Below, piece after piece: positions 39,621 to 54,300 of a stretch of DNA of 63,989 nucleotides; positions within the stretch are counted from its first letter, which is position 1; every line of letters starts with the position of its first letter. The position numbers and the translations under genes were made by a program. Below the pieces are notes generated by a model. The model worked only from the letters and a program-made list of their open reading frames with translations. It did no database searches and had not been told where the DNA came from. Origin of the DNA: Gnetum montanum (taxonomy: Eukaryota > Plantae > Gnetophyta); contig MNCI01001492.1 in NCBI GenBank assembly GCA_015680685.1, positions 451,233 to 515,221 on the forward strand. Reading direction: 5' to 3'.

Positions 39621-40004
39621 CTGCAAAAAAAAAAAAAAAAAAAAAAAACCTGGGGTTCGGTAAAATGGATGAAAAAAATTCATCCAGGCCATGCAGGCGT
39701 AACAGAAATCACACTTGAAAACCCTTTATATACAGTATGACGATGTAACCTTTCATAAACACATTAACGAAAGGACGTAATGACTTGTTCGGGGAAGCTT
39801 CATGATCATGTATTTGAGTCTTCCCCGAACCTACCATCTCTAACCCCTATAAGATCCCTTCTATACTCTGTTTCCTTCCATCCTCGCACTTCTAAGTTTG
39901 ACAGAACAACATTTGAGCAGTCTCTGACAGATGCTGTTGATGCTTTTGCCTTTCTGGTGTTTCGTATTCTTTGTCGATGTCTTCCGGGCAAGCCCTCTAA
40001 ACGT

Positions 40005-40020
40005 CAACAAAGAGGGGCCA
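40005..40020 (+). promoter_or_regulatory. Element C polypurine tract
   Basis: CAACAAAGAGGGGCCA before TGAAACACC. Confidence 0.9.
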
Positions 40021-40021
40021 T

Positions 40022-41345
40022 TGAAACACCGTGAAAATTTTGAGGCCTCGACAATTTTGCCACACTGCATGGCACAGCACAAGCAAATTCTAGAAGACGG
40101 AGCAAAGCGATGGATGCACGGCGGCAAAACTTCCAACCTTGCAAGTTATTTGTTTCGAAAATCTTAACTTTTGGAAAATTACGCTGTATTACGCTACATA
40201 GCGTAACATCTCATTATGCAGCATAATATCAAGGACAGTTCACTGCAGTATCAAGGATGACAAACATGCAAGACTTCGACAGCCCAGTAAAAATCTCAAA
40301 GCCTAAGCAACGATCTGGAGCATGACGCATGTTTCAGCGAGTTTTCTTTCCTGGTTAAGGGGCTCATTACGTTGCTTTACACAGTGCAGCATAGTAAGAT
40401 AGAGATAGAGAAAGCGTGGCAACAACACTTTAACTTTTGCAGTTTCGTTATTTTACGGTAAATTATGCAACGATGTGTAATTTAGTGTAATGCAGCATAA
40501 TTCAAGTGGTGTCAAGCACAATTTAGACATCAATAATTCATACGTCACAATACGCTCTTTAGCGTATTACAACGTAATCAAAGGACAGTTTGTTGTCAAA
40601 GCCCACACGAGGGTAGTTTACGACGCGTTACGCAGCATAGCGTCGTAAGCTTCAACGATAAGACATTAAGTCAACGGCATTTTACGAGTTCAGGACACGT
40701 GTCACTTAAATCACGTTTTTCTCCTGATCTTAACCTTATAAATGCTTCAGTTGACAAAGATCAAAGGGATGAAAAATTTTTCTCTTTGAAGATTGGCAAG
40801 AGAGCAAAAAAAAAAAGAGGATCAGCGACCGTGAGAAAATCGGAGGTGATTGGCGAGAGCTTTGGATCAGAAAAAATTGGCTATCTGATATTCCTCGGGA
40901 TCCAACTTCCTTGTGTCCAGATTGGCTAGAATAAGGTAGATTGACCCCTCATCTGTTTCATCTTTGGATAACTTTCTTGCTGTTGGCATGTGCTTCGTCC
41001 AAACCGAAGCTCGCCTGTAATCATTGTATCAATTGTATTCATAAATTAAATCCCAGATCTTGTAATTGTATTCTCTTCACATCTTGTAATCATGTTTGAA
41101 TCGTTTACATTATTTTTTTTAATTATTTTCGAAATCATCAACATTGCATTTCCATTTTGCCACCAAATTATTACAAAAGAAAAAATTTTTACTGGTTAAG
41201 TAAGTCCCTGTCTGATCGACAAGATCGTTCAGGGCACCTCAGATTCGTTTTTCTCTAGCATAGCCCTCACACGGATCCAGGGTTAAAACTGTGTACATGG
41301 ATTTTCATTCATTTTTTCCAACGATCGATGTTTTCTATCATTACA
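40022..41345 (+). repeat. Element C 3' LTR
   Basis: TGAAACACC...ATTACA; TATA near 40737; related to the solo LTR. Confidence 0.9.
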
Positions 41346-44300
41346 GCTATGTAGAGAGATCTCCACTTGCCCATTGTCCTAATAGACCTCATGGCAAGCT
41401 TACGAGATACTTAAGCTTAGAACCAATAGACTTGGAACCTTCCACTCATGATACCAACATAGCGGCCTTGGAAACATCTCTAGACTATCCTGAACACCTG
41501 GTCTAGGCCTTAGACCTAGAGGTTGGCGATGTAAGCAAGGACCCCCTTATTGAAATCCCTATAACTACTTCTAGAGGTGAGGCAAAAACGTTAAAAATTA
41601 GCTCCCTACTAGAGCCACAGATGCAACAAAACATCTCAAAGATCCTTAATGACAATGTCAAAGTGTTTGCATGGTCATATGAAGACATGCTGGGCTTGGA
41701 CCTATGACTCATACAACATAATATTATCCTAGATCCACGTGTCAAGGCCGTTAAACAAAAAGCTTGCAAAGTCAAACTAGAGATTACCTTGGCTGTACGT
41801 GATGAAATTACCAAGCTTTATTAGGCTGGTTTCATCTGGGTAATCAATTACTCGGATTGGGTATTAAACATTATAGTCATACCCAAGAAAACTAGGTGTA
41901 TACAAATTTGTATAGAATTCCAAGATTTAAATAGGGTGATAATTAAGGACAACTTCCCATTGCCTAGTATCGATCAACTTATTGATACTATGGTTGGACA
42001 TGCCTTACTGTCCTTCATGGATGGGTTCTTAGGCTATATCCAGATCCATAAAAACCTAGAGCATTAATTGGGAACTACCTTTATGACTCATTGGGGAACT
42101 TTTTGTTGCACAATGATGCCCTTTGGGCTAAAAAATGCTGGAGCAACGTATCAATGAGCAATGACAAATCTTTAGCGATTATCTCTTGGATAGATTAAAC
42201 GACTACATTGAAGACATAGCAATTAAGTTTAAGGAAGCTACTGATCATCCCAACAATCTAAACATAGTCCTTCAACATTTCATAGGCATGACCTGTGCCT
42301 CAACCCTAGAAAATGTATTTTTGGAGTTAAAATCGGGTGCATGCTAGGCTTTGTAGTGTCGGAAATGAGGATATGAGTGGACCCCGATAAAGTTAGCGTC
42401 ATTGTAAACTTAGAACTGCCTACAAATATTAAAGAGTTGTGTGGGTTAAAAGGTAGAGTGCAGTTTATAAGAAGGTTCATTGCAAGGTTGACGGACAAAC
42501 TACACCCGATGCAACACTTTCTTAAGAAGGGAGTCAACTTCGAATGGATAGATCAATGTCAAAAAGCCTTTGATAACCTAAAGAAAGAGCTTTTGCACCT
42601 TCCCACTATTTACCCTCCATAGAGGGATCGGCCTTTCTACATCTATCTTGCCACCTTAGACACATCTATTGCTGCACTGCTATGTCTAAAAGAGAGATGA
42701 CAAGTCTAAAATCCCAGTCATGCATTAATAGCTCACGAAGCAAAGTACAACGAGGTAGAGAAAAATTGTCTTACCCTAGTGTTCAAATTTAAAAAGTGGA
42801 GACATTACCTATTTCATAGTAAATTCAACATTATATGCAAAAGCAACATACTTCGGGCCATTACAACCAACTTATATGAGAATAGTAGCTCGATGGAAAG
42901 CCATAAGTGCGGAGTTCGATCTATATTATGTGGCACAATCATCCACAAAGGGTTAAGCAATAGCTACACAGCTTATGACTTCACCCATTGATGACCAAGC
43001 AATAATAGAACCCGAGTTCCTAGATGAGCATGTCAATAGCATAAGCCTTGTACCATCAAATTTTGGGGCAAGTCTACAGTTTGACGGTGCTTGAACTACA
43101 TGAGGTGGTAGCGTTGCCGTTGTTCTTACATTTTCCTCTAGGGAAATTTGACCCTTCACGTATCATTTTACATTATTTTGCATAAACAATGTAGCTGAGT
43201 ACAAAGGGCTCCTTAGGGGCCTTCTAATAGCTTAAGTGTTGAGGATCCAACACTTAGCAATTTGAGGCAACTCAAAACTAGTTATCAACCAGATCATTGA
43301 AGTTTATGCTTGCAAGGCTCCACATTTGCAACCTTATTATGATTTAGCCAAGAGTCTACTAAAGCAATTTGCAACTTTAGACATCCAACATGTGTCCCAT
43401 AATTAAAATACTGTAGTTGATGTGCTAGCCATGTTAGCCTTAAATGTCTCATCACACATGTTAGCTACTTTGCCTGCCTCAATAGTAGAATGCACTGATC
43501 CTATCACTCACACCCCATACATTGCGTTTGTAGGCCTAGCTCACATCCAAGAATGGTATGACAACATTAAAGCATACCTCCAACATGGTGAACCCCTGCA
43601 AGACTTGACATCTACCCAAAAGGATGTGCTACGTAAGCGAGCATGGAAATATGTCCTCGTAGGAGACAAGACTCTATGAAAATGCTCTTATGATAGGATA
43701 TTGCTAGCTTGTGTTAGTAGAGATGAAGCACAAACAATTGTGGACCAAATCCATGAGGGATTATGTGGGGGACACATAGCCCCCAGGGCTATGGCAGCAA
43801 AAATTAGATGTGCAGGCTACTACTAGCTATGCATGGAACATGATTATGTTGCCAAGGTTAGAACATGCAATGTGTTTCAATGCCATGGGAACCTTATACA
43901 CATGTCGCCTACTGAATTGCATACTACATAGATTACATGACCTTTTTAATGTTGGGGACTAGACATCACAGGACCCATTATACCTAAGTCTTCTACAAGG
44001 TATAGTTTCATTATTACCACAACTAAATACTTTACAAAATTGGGTAGAAGTTATTACCCTCAGAAAGACCATGTCTCAACAGGTTTTCCACTTCATTTTA
44101 GATAACATAGTGACACGGTTTGGCCTTCCTATAACTATTGTTACTGACAATAGGCCATAATTCAGTAGCATGGAAACCAAATCTTTTTGCAAAAAGCTTG
44201 GTATCCAACATTCGTTTTCATCATCATATTACCCCTAAGCGAACAATCAAGTAGAGGCTACTAACAAAGTCATCATCAACCATCTTAAAAAGATGCTCAA

Positions 44301-44797
44301 TGGCAGCAAGAAGCGATGGAATGAGTAAATCCTCTACGTGTTGTGGGCTTACCATACAATATGTAGAACAACCACAAGTAAGACTCAATACAGTCTTGTC
44401 TATAGGTCTGAAGCAGTGTTACCTCTTGAATTGCAGGTTTCATCACTTCAAATGATCCTCTCAAACATCATGGATGAGGCTCAAAATAATGAGTCAAGAA
44501 TCATTGATCTTGACTCTGTAGAGGAGGAGCATGCCCAAACACTTGGCCGCATCAAATGGTACCAAGACAAGCAAAGGAAAAAAAAATTACTTCAACTTAC
44601 ATCAATGACTGATAAAAAAGGGGGACTTAGTTCTCAAGGCCATTCGTGAACCCATGAACAAATTCTTAGCCAACGAGGAAGGCCCTTTCATAGTCACAAA
44701 AGCCTATGAAAATGGGACATTCAAGTTGGTTGACGTAGATGGCAACGAGTTCGCAAATCCTGTCAACCACTTGTACCTGAAGCCATACTATGTTTAA
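41346..44797 (+). pseudogene. pol: Element D pol: RT-RH-aRH-integrase, disrupted
   Basis: VFAWSYEDM, LSFMDGF, FIRRFIARL, FDGA, LWAY..SEAVLPLEL, YLKPYYV*. Confidence 0.95.
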
Positions 44798-44839
44798 CAT
44801 AAAGGATCATATTGAATGTGAAGCAAGGTAAGTGCTAAT

Positions 44840-45140
44840 GTCTGCTACAACATAAAGCTAGCATAGGATATTTGCTATGATGTAAAACTGGCACAGATAG
44901 TCTACTATGACTATAAAATTTTATAGCTCATTTGCTACGACGTAAAACTGGCATAGAACATCCACTATGACATTAAACTAGCACAACATGTCTTTGGGCC
45001 ATGACATAAAACTAACACCCACAACATGGTCTGCTACGACCTTAAACTCACCATCCACCATCTGCTACAATGTTAAACTAGCACATCAGTTTTTTGGAAC
45101 CTTAAACTAACACATCCCATGGTCTACCAAGATCTTAAAT
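44840..45140 (+). repeat. Tandem array with TAAACTRGCA core downstream of D integrase
   Basis: About 30-bp units, homologous to 21495-21890. Confidence 0.85.
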
Positions 45141-45249
45141 TGGGTTCAAAGTGCAACACCTCTTGTTTCACACATGTGATCCTATGAACAAGTGAGCATG
45201 CACATCAAGCTTCTGAGACAACATGGGGTGGGATGTGGCAATTCCAAAA

Positions 45250-46150
45250 TGAAGTTCATGTCATCAAGGAAAAATCCTCTAGAACACATGCTACATCATT
45301 GCCCCTCGCATCTTGTTGATCTTCCAGAAATATCATTTGACATCTTGCTGACCTTTCGAAGCTACCACTACCATAGCCAATTATCTTGGTTGTAGCTCCC
45401 ATCATCAGCATTTGTTGTTGGAGTCCCAACACTATTTTGGCCTAGCCACAAGGTTGCCATCCTCCAGCCCTTGCCATCATTCAAGTTCAAAAAGGAATTC
45501 AACTACTAAGCTTCCTACCTTATAGCTAGATTGCATGATGCTTACCTTTGGCGGGGATTCCTGAGCACTTGCATCATCATTGCTCCTAGCCTCTTCAGTG
45601 CCCATTTTCGGTGGGGCCATTTAAAATTTCTAGCATGCCACTGCCAAAACCTGCATGGGCCTTCCTTCTTTGGACATTGCCCACGTTAGACACCACACTT
45701 GCCACCTTGGCAATGTCATGGGCAAGCAGGACTTTGCCTTCACTTCACTTGATGGTTGTTTTTTCTAGTTTTTTCTCTATTGTGTTTGTAGGATAAAAGC
45801 CAAGATGGCATCATTCAGAGATGCATTTCACCATGAGAGAAAGATACTACATTGTTTCGAAGTGGCCGCTCTGATTAACTTAGATATTTAAGAGTGCATA
45901 TCCTACTCTCCCTTCATCCTACTTATTCTCCATTCCCTATATCCAAAAATTCCCATATCCTCTATGCAAGATTCCTTGATGCACATAAAACCCTTTCACA
46001 TGTGCAATCACCAAGTCCATGATGGATGTAACAAAACTCTTTCCATGGAGAGCCTCTATAGGTAGGTCAAAGCTCCACATGGATGTAACACAACTCATCT
46101 TCGGGAGGAAACACCTATCCTACGGTGACAACAAGGTTGTCTTCAAGTGA
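45250..46150 (-). pseudogene. Antisense accessory ORF remnant in the 3' region of element D (ends approximate)
   Basis: EGRVGYALL (near 45889-45918) and NDGKGWR (near 45458-45482). Confidence 0.55.
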
Positions 46151-46578
46151 ACGTGGGTGTGCAGCAAAAAGAAAAAAGAGAGAGACAAGTACCTAAAATA
46201 AATGGCACCACAACTACTTTGCAATTGTTCTAGCCATAAATCAACCATCTCTAAGCACTTCAGTGAGAGGTCAAAGGCCAAAGAAAAAGACACCCATGCA
46301 TGCTGATTCTCTCATAAGCATTCTGACAAGGGATCACACTATGATAATAGTTTTTCATGGCATGGCATTCTACATTTACCTCTTTCCTTGATCCTGTTTC
46401 CTCAAATCCAGGTTTTTCCCCCTATCTGACATCACTCTCCAAGTACTCTTAAACATAGCAAAACATCATCCAAGTGATCATTGAGGAGTGATGTTGGTGT
46501 CTTATTCTTCATGGTGTTTCATATTCTTTATCAGCATCTCTCAGGTAGATCCTCCAGACATCAACAAAGAGGGATCAT

Positions 46579-48892
46579 TGAAATACCATCAATTTTGGGA
46601 CTCTGATGATTTAGCACAGTCCCAACTTTGGGCAAAGATCTTTGCAAGCATGGTGTCACATCAGACCATGCAGAAAACATGGCACCCCAGAAGTCCTAAT
46701 GCTTGCATAGTTGCTTCTAAGCCTACTTTCCACCCTCTATAGCACAATCAATGTAGCACCTAGCCAAGATGCCAGTTTGCATAAAAGAGGCACTAGGGGT
46801 AGACCGTATAGTCTAGCAAATTTTCTATCTCTCGGGCTGACAGGCTTGCTACACCCTCTAGCTTGCCCAGCTTGATACATAACTTAGCTGATGGTCTATC
46901 GAGGGACCATGCTAGGAGTTTCCAAAAATGTTCAGGATGGACTAAATAGTTCAGCAAGTTTTCTAACTGCGAGACCTACTATGCTACACTACACTGCACA
47001 TCGTAGCAGACTAGGTGAAGACTGATTAGGCATCAAATATGCAGTTGACAGTGGCTTAGCCCTCTAGGGTACTTGCTCCCCTTCATCCTTGAAGCATGAT
47101 CTACAAGACGTAGGAGAATGTGGCAAACTTTGTCAGAAATCACCTTCATTTGAGTGCTGCATTGTGCTACGCTACACAGCATAGCACAACATAGCAAGGT
47201 GCTACTATGACATTGCTTCCACTCGGGCTATTTTGACAAAGGAAACATAATTGCCCATGCTTCAATCATCAAACATGCCTACTATACTACCATGCTAGGA
47301 CATGACTAACATCCCATGACAAAATGTTTGCAAAGTGACTCAGAATTTAGGCCAAACTGGGTGCTACGCTATGCTATGCTACGTAGCGTAGCAGGGTCAG
47401 AACACACGAAGGTCCTCCGACAAGTGGTTCTAGCAAAAGAATTGCACTTGGCCATGCATTGAACTCCAAGACAACCTATCCCACTTCACCCTTGAGGTCA
47501 AAGCAAAGTTTCTTGACAAAGCATTGCAAATTGAGCAAATATTCATGTCACACTGGCTACTACACTGTGCTACACTGCATAGTGAGGACACAAAACTCAA
47601 AAGTGTCCCAAGGATGAACTTAGTAGGTCTTAGGACCTTTTGGCATGGAAAGCAAGGTTTCTAATCACTAAATTTGCTTGTCTAACTAGGCTTCGAAGGG
47701 ATATCTTTGGTTTTTGGGCTAGATTTCTCTCAAGATTGGCGGCTACGCTACATAGCATAGCACAACGTAGCATGCAGGTGTTTACACTATGTCGATATGC
47801 TGGGCAATGTAGGTAGTGTAACACTCGCGTGCAAGCCCCAAGACATCTCCTGTTAGCTCTAGAATTTGTTGACAATGGTCATTTCTACTCTGGCATCTCT
47901 TCAATAGACAACATCAGTAGTTTGCTTTGTTTTGCACCCCTTGTTAATTCCTAAAGTTATCCCTATGCTTGACCCTACTCGCAAGAGTAGGGAAGATGTA
48001 GTCCCAGAGCACAGGCTCCACTTTGCATTCATTATTGGCATTCTTTGTAAAAACATGGTAGTTCCTTCGATTTTGGCACATGTAGTTTGAACGGTATGGT
48101 CACGGCTTAGTGAGTTTCACTTCCAGTGCAACATTGCAATGTAGCATGCTAGCATAACATTGTAGTGTAGCACTACACGGTAGTATGGCACAGTCATGTT
48201 TGCACCATGTAGGACCCAGGACACGTGGCATTCAAACCACATCTCTCTCCCACTTTTGGCTCTATAAATACCCCAGTGAACAATGTTCAAAGGACTGGCT
48301 TAAGGCATTTTTTGGCTTTTGGACTTGGCTTTCTTGCGATTGGCATTTTGGAATTTGGCTTCCTACTGATTGGCTTTGGCAAAGAGGTTAAGCAAAAGGC
48401 TAATGAATAGTAAACCCATGTAGCAACACTCTCTTAGCCCAGCAAGCACTAGCTCTTGGCACCCCATTGGCAGTAGTCCAAGACTTGTGACGATATCATT
48501 CCATTGTAAGCTGTACTTGTTCACACTGTACATCAGTTGTACACTTTCTCTAGCCAAACAAGGATCAAATCCCCTAATTTTGGGGTGGTGCATTTTCTCA
48601 CTCAAGCTCATTTCATATCATTTCACTATTTTGCTCAGTTACATATTTTTCTACGCTTTTACCATTCTGTGGGTTATAGCTTTTTGCACCTTGATCTCCA
48701 CATATAAAAGCTCAAAAATCTTGTTTACAAAAGATTATTGTACATTGACTAAGTTCCTGTTTGATCGACTAGACTATTTAGGGCACCCTGCTTCCATTTT
48801 TTCTCTAGCATGACCCTTGCATGGATTCGGGGTTAGGTTGTATGCCCGGTAACCTCTCGGTGTTCCAGCAACTGATGTTTTTGGCCACTATA
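46579..48892 (+). repeat. Element D 3' LTR
   Basis: Follows the PPT at 46562-46577; starts TGAAATACC, ends ACTATA (CA decayed); homologous to A LTRs; TATA near 48262. Confidence 0.88.
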
Positions 48893-50895
48893 GCATCTGG
48901 GTGTTGCAGGATTGCATCCAAATATCCAAACCATGGATTTTCCAAGTGTTTTGCACCACCCAATCCCAAGAACCCCCATAAGCTATTGGGAAATCTCTTT
49001 CAATAATGATGAAGGATTGGGTGGGACGACCCTTTTGTGCACTAGATAACATTGGAGAGGCACCTTCCACTAACACAAGCAATATGCTAAGGGGGGTGCA
49101 TCTCATTGCTGAAATAGTGAAATCTAGGTTGCAATGCAAAAAGTCTCATCCCATGGAAAAGCTTGCATGCACTAGTGAAGAGAGAGGCATAAAGTTCTAG
49201 ATTAAGATCCGTAAAGTGTAGCCTACATCTATTGGTAAGTAAGCTTAATTTTCTCATTAGTTACCTCTCCCCCATTTGTGTTAGACTAGCATGCTGACTT
49301 TTGATATGTTTAATAGTAGTAGAAGAAGAAACTTTGGCCCCCAAGGTAGGGACCCCTGTTATAGAAGAAGAGGAGCCCTTGGTTGTAGAGGAGGAGGAGG
49401 TCCCTACCGTAGAGGAAGAGGCCCTTGCCACCGATTATCTTTTTGTAGAGTGTGCCATAGCACCTGAGGGGCATATGATGGTCAAAGATGCCACTACATT
49501 GTTGAGTTAGCTAGAGGGGGAAGGACTACATTTTGATGCCAATGGGTTTGACAATTTGCTTGATAGTATGCCGATGGGCAATCCCCCTGCTCTCACCCAT
49601 AAGGGTTTGCTAGGTAGTAGCTTTGTACTGTCATTTGTTTTACTTTTTAGTTTTATTTTTTCCTTCTTTGCCATGCTAACATGCTTTGTTGTGCAGTGAA
49701 TGCTACTACTAATGTCCTTGATTCTTCTTCTTCGATCTAGCTCCAACCATGGACCAAGACCCTTGATAAGTTTGTCTTCATGGAGGGGGTAGTTGATGAT
49801 ATGATCGACCACCTAAGGCATATTGATCCTGAGATAGGTATGTTTGAATTACAAATTTAGGCTCTAAGTTATTGCATTTTTAGCCATCATCTCATGATTA
49901 GTGCCTCCTTATGTATGATTAACAACTTCTCATCTTAAGTGGGATCCTAGGTAGGTAGTTGAAGTTGACACTATGCCTGAGTTTCCCCTAAAGGTAATCA
50001 AGGTGCCTGATAATGTATACAAGGAGGCAAGTAAGTATGAATTGTACTTGGAACAGTCTTTGTGGGAGTGTAGGTGTGTTAATGAAGACCTTTGGAAGAG
50101 GGTGCAAAAACTTGAAAAGGAGAAGGCTAGCCAAGAAGTTGAGTTGGAGGATTTATAGTCATTAAATGAATTTCTAATGGCTCGTGATACCTCTGATGGT
50201 AGCTGGTGTATATCTATAATTGATTATGCAAGATACTGGTCAACCGTATGGGGTAAGAATGAGGCCACCCGTGAGATCATTGAGCAATGCTTGCAAATGG
50301 ACATATTGGCCTAGAAACATCAGGACTGAAAGGACTACAATGCCAAAGTGTATGAATGGGGGCAAGCATAGAAAAACCATAAACACATGTATAAAGTGGA
50401 ATGTGCTTCCTACTATCAGAAGTATTGAGATGCTTCTGTTGAATTGCATTCTCATAAGTTATTTCACGATGTGATCGGTGTTGCTAAGGCCTATGGAAAA
50501 TTTATGCAATAGGTAGTGGTTAGTGAGTCTCCCGAAAGAGAGATGACCTTACCTTTTAGGCAGACCACTATTACCACCTTTCCTCTAGGGCCACCTAGAT
50601 TGATGGCTATGGAGAAGGGGAAAGTTGCGGCAAGCATTGATTTGGGAAAAGAAGATTGGCCTAGCTTACTTGAGGAGGAGATTCTACGATGTTTAGTAGC
50701 TGGCATGGACAAGATACCCCCTAAGATGGATGTGGGCCCATCTCAGGTTAGCCACTCTTTCTTGTATTGTAGTTTGTTTCTTGAGAACTTTATTGTAATT
50801 TGATTCATTATTTTGTTTTTGTTTTTGTGTAGGATCCAAATGAAGATGCAAGACCTAGTGGAGCAAGAGACGAAGATGCTTGCGAAGACTTGTAG
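48893..50895 (+). pseudogene. 3' part of the antisense spacer gene of element A
   Basis: SLWECRCVNEDLWKRVQK, SESPEREMTLP, MEKGKV, DVGPSQ|DPNED; intron 50747-50832 at the same position and phase as in C. Confidence 0.75.
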
Positions 50896-51054
50896 TGTGA
50901 TGGCAAAGAAATTTTATTTTTTTATTTTTCCATTTTATATTTTTTAACCCTTATTGTATGGACTCAAATTTAATGAAGAGTAAAAAGTGAAACATTTATT
51001 TCATTTCTTTGGGTTAATATTTTATTAATATGCTTGGGCCCCTTGTGGGTGCCT

Positions 51055-51255
51055 TGTTCTAGTTTAAGGCCACTTTAGGCCATGAAATAGTTTATGGCCA
51101 TTTTGGGCCATTGCAATGTAATTTCTGTGGGTTGGTTGCCAATTTTAGGCCTTAGTGGATTGTGGTGATAGTTTAAGGCCATTCTGGGCTGTGGCAGTAG
51201 TTTAAGACCATTTCAGGCCATGGCAATAGTTTAAGGCCATTTCAGGCTATTGCTA
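51055..51255 (-). repeat. Array of AAATGGCCTTAAACTA units after A protease
   Basis: Repeated TAGTTTAAGGCCATTT on the plus strand; homologous to 29675-30125. Confidence 0.85.
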
Positions 51256-51389
51256 AGATAATTAATGCAAATGATGGTTATGATGCAAACAGTGGACATA
51301 ATGCAAATAGTAAACATAATGCAAAATCAAGACTAAAGAAACAAGAGTATTAAGCCCAAGCATTCTTGAAAGTGAATTAGTGATAAACT

Positions 51390-54300
51390 CTAATTACACA
51401 ATTGTTTCCTAACCCATTGTGGGCTAGGTAGAGCATATGGTCGGGAAGATTTGTGATGATATTCCTCTATGTTGTTGTCTGCTATTTGGAAAGGTAGTTC
51501 AGCCCAAGTGGTTTCTTGGTCTAAGTTGGCAGCTTTGGGCGGTTCTTCTGTTGAACATGGGGGTTCATTGTGGATGGGTGGTGCATTTTTAGAGATTTCT
51601 ATCTCTGACCCTTATTCTATGTCTATATTATTTATAGCTTGGGGGGCTATTTTATCATCAAAGATCACCACCTCTCCACCCACATAGGGTAGGTGGATTT
51701 CTTGGTGTATGAGCAAGGAGACAACTCTTAATTGGGCTAACCATGATCTCCCTAAGATCAGGTTAAACACAGGCATCTCCTCCACCACAATGAATTTTGC
51801 GTTGGTAGAAAAATTGATTCCCCATCACAAAGTTGATGTTAATAGTGCCTTTGACTATAACATGTGCTCCATTAAATAATTTTAGATAGGAATTTACTGT
51901 GGGCTTGATTTGATCTACCAGGCCCAACTTGTCAACAATGGAAAACGAGATCACATTAGTGACAGCCCCATCATCAACGTGTACTCTGCAAATTTTGTAT
52001 TAATCCACCCGAAATGTGATAAACATGGGGGTGGTAGTTACTTGGCCCTTTTTAGGATCATTCTTGATGGCCTTGTCTTGAAATGTTAATTGGGTTGGTC
52101 GTGGTTCTCCAGCCATTGGGGGAAGCATAACAGCATGTATGGCTTTCTCTTCAGTTGGCATGTTTTCATTGATAGGAATGGATCCCAACATATGAACCAA
52201 GGCCTCAAGATGTGTCGTAGAGGTCATCACTAGGTCATATAAGCTTAATGTTGTATTATTTTACTTTAAGGCTTGTTTAACTTGTGAAAGCGCATCTAGG
52301 AAATCTTGCGCATGGTCTGGCTATTTTCTCATCTTTACTTCTTCCATGTGTCATAAAAGGCGAATCTCCTTAGGAGGAGTGGATTTTGATTGAATGGCAA
52401 GTTTTGTTAGCTTGGAGGGTGGTGGTTGTGTGCTACTCGTAGTCTTTGATGATGAAGTCATGGACATAGCCAACAAAGGGGTGGGCTTAGGGGGGCCCAA
52501 TGTAGTGCACTCTCTAGCCAACTTATCTACCAGATGCTCTTCATGTTTTCTTGGATGGGAATGTTGTGATGTAGTTCCTATCGTTGGACCTTGGGTTGCA
52601 AAGGGAGTGTATGCTTGGGCACCTTGATAACAAAAGGTCCTTGAGTTGTTGTAGTGGCAGGTGGCATAGTCTTAAGCACAAAAGTTGTGATAGATGTCTG
52701 AGGAGGGACTTTAATGATAAATGGGATTTTTAACTTGGTTATTGTTGATGCTTCAAGGTTCTGCGAAGGTACACAAACCAGAAATGGCTCACGTTTTGAC
52801 TCTGTGTTATCATCAATGCCAATGGCATTGAAAGTGTAACCCACATTGTTAGCATTCAAAGGGTTCTTGTAGATGTTCATGGACTGGTTTTCGGGTTGGA
52901 CATGAATGCTCTAGTCAAGGACCAACTTACCTTGATTGATCATTCATTGAATATCATATTTTAGTGCCAAGAAATAGTCTGTGTCATGCCCATGCACTTT
53001 ATGATAATCGCAGAAGTGCTCTAGTCTAAAGTTCTTAGGTATTGGTGGGTCATTAGGCGTGGCCACAGAGGGGTCATGAAGGACTTCATAGTACCTTTGA
53101 TGTTGTTTGAGAGCTTCCTCTAACATCTATTTATGTTGAATGTGCCCAGCTCCTAGAAATTATTTTAGAAGCTTAGATGGCTTGATTGGTAAGGAAGTAT
53201 ACTTTGAACAATCCTTGCACTCAAAGTTTGGCCTTGTCAAAGTTTGGGTTGTAGTTGCTAAAGTTGAAGGTTGGCTAGTGCTACTAGGGCTAAGTTTTAT
53301 GTTGGTTGTGGTAGGATTTTTAGATGTTTTATCCCTCTATTTACCCTTGTTTATTTCATGGGCTACAAAAACCATTGTGGTTGTCATGGATTTGCGTCTT
53401 TCCTTGTCCTTTTATATGTGTGTGTTTTTATATACTATATAGGATGGATCCCTACTAGCTTTCACTGCATCTTATATACTCTTGGTTTGAGCGAACGCCT
53501 GGCTAAGGGAATGCAGAGCAGAGTAGTATAGCTTGGATTTAATGAAATGATTTACCACAACTATGAAAATGGCCAGTAAGTGGGCCTTGGTGATCGGTTC
53601 ATGAATTTCATTTAGGGTAGTGTTCCATCATTATATGAACCTCTACACAAATTCTTGCGACTCTTATTTAATGCTCATGAGTTAATTCAAAGTGACTTCT
53701 ATCTTCAGGTTATACTTAAAGCGAGTCACAAACTAGCTTTATAGTTCTTCCAATGTTGAAATTGAAGTGCGGGGAAGCATGCAATACCAATCTAAGGCTT
53801 TACCCTTCAAAGACATGGCAAATACATGGATGATGGCATGAGGCCATGGTTGTAGTAGCAGGGATTTAGACCTGAATGTAACCAGGTGAGCATTCAGATC
53901 ATCCTCTCTATTGTACTTTGTGAATTGGGGTAGTTATACCCTAGGAGGCAATGTTAGCATAGGAACAGTTGGACTAATTAGGTCATCTTGATAGAAGTCC
54001 ATGACCTGGACTATTTCTGAGCTAGCAACTTTAAGCCATTTAATTTCATCAATAAGGGTTTGGATGAGTTGGAAAGCTTGGTGTAGACTTGGGGGTGTCA
54101 TAGGGAGTTGCAGGGTTGCCAGAGAAGCCATCATTGATGGCACTATTGGGGTGATGGCTAGTCCCATGGGAGGTGCCATTGGGGCTACTTCAGAAAGTGG
54201 TGTCGCTTGGGTAGTCGACCACCTAGTGGGTGGTGCTTCTAGGGTAGCTACTGTTGGTGATGCCATAGGGTTGGTTAATTGCCTGGTTGGTGGGTCGGCC

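Larger units (their letters stand above)
26100..41345 (+). mobile_element. Element C: Tat/Ogre-like LTR retrotransposon lacking 5' LTR and PBS (left boundary approximate)
   Basis: gag-PR, spacer, pol, PPT and 3' LTR contiguous; LTR ends in CA against the D pol start; least decayed element. Confidence 0.88.
41346..48892 (+). mobile_element. Element D: 3' half of a Tat/Ogre-like element related to A
   Basis: pol, 3' region, PPT and LTR homologous to the reverse complement of A; interrupts the A antisense gene at 48893. Confidence 0.88.

Noticed and set aside
39625-39648. Poly(A) run as a retroposed tail
   Set aside because: No TSD or inserted body; lies in the normal 3' region of C and fits a minus-strand polypyrimidine tract
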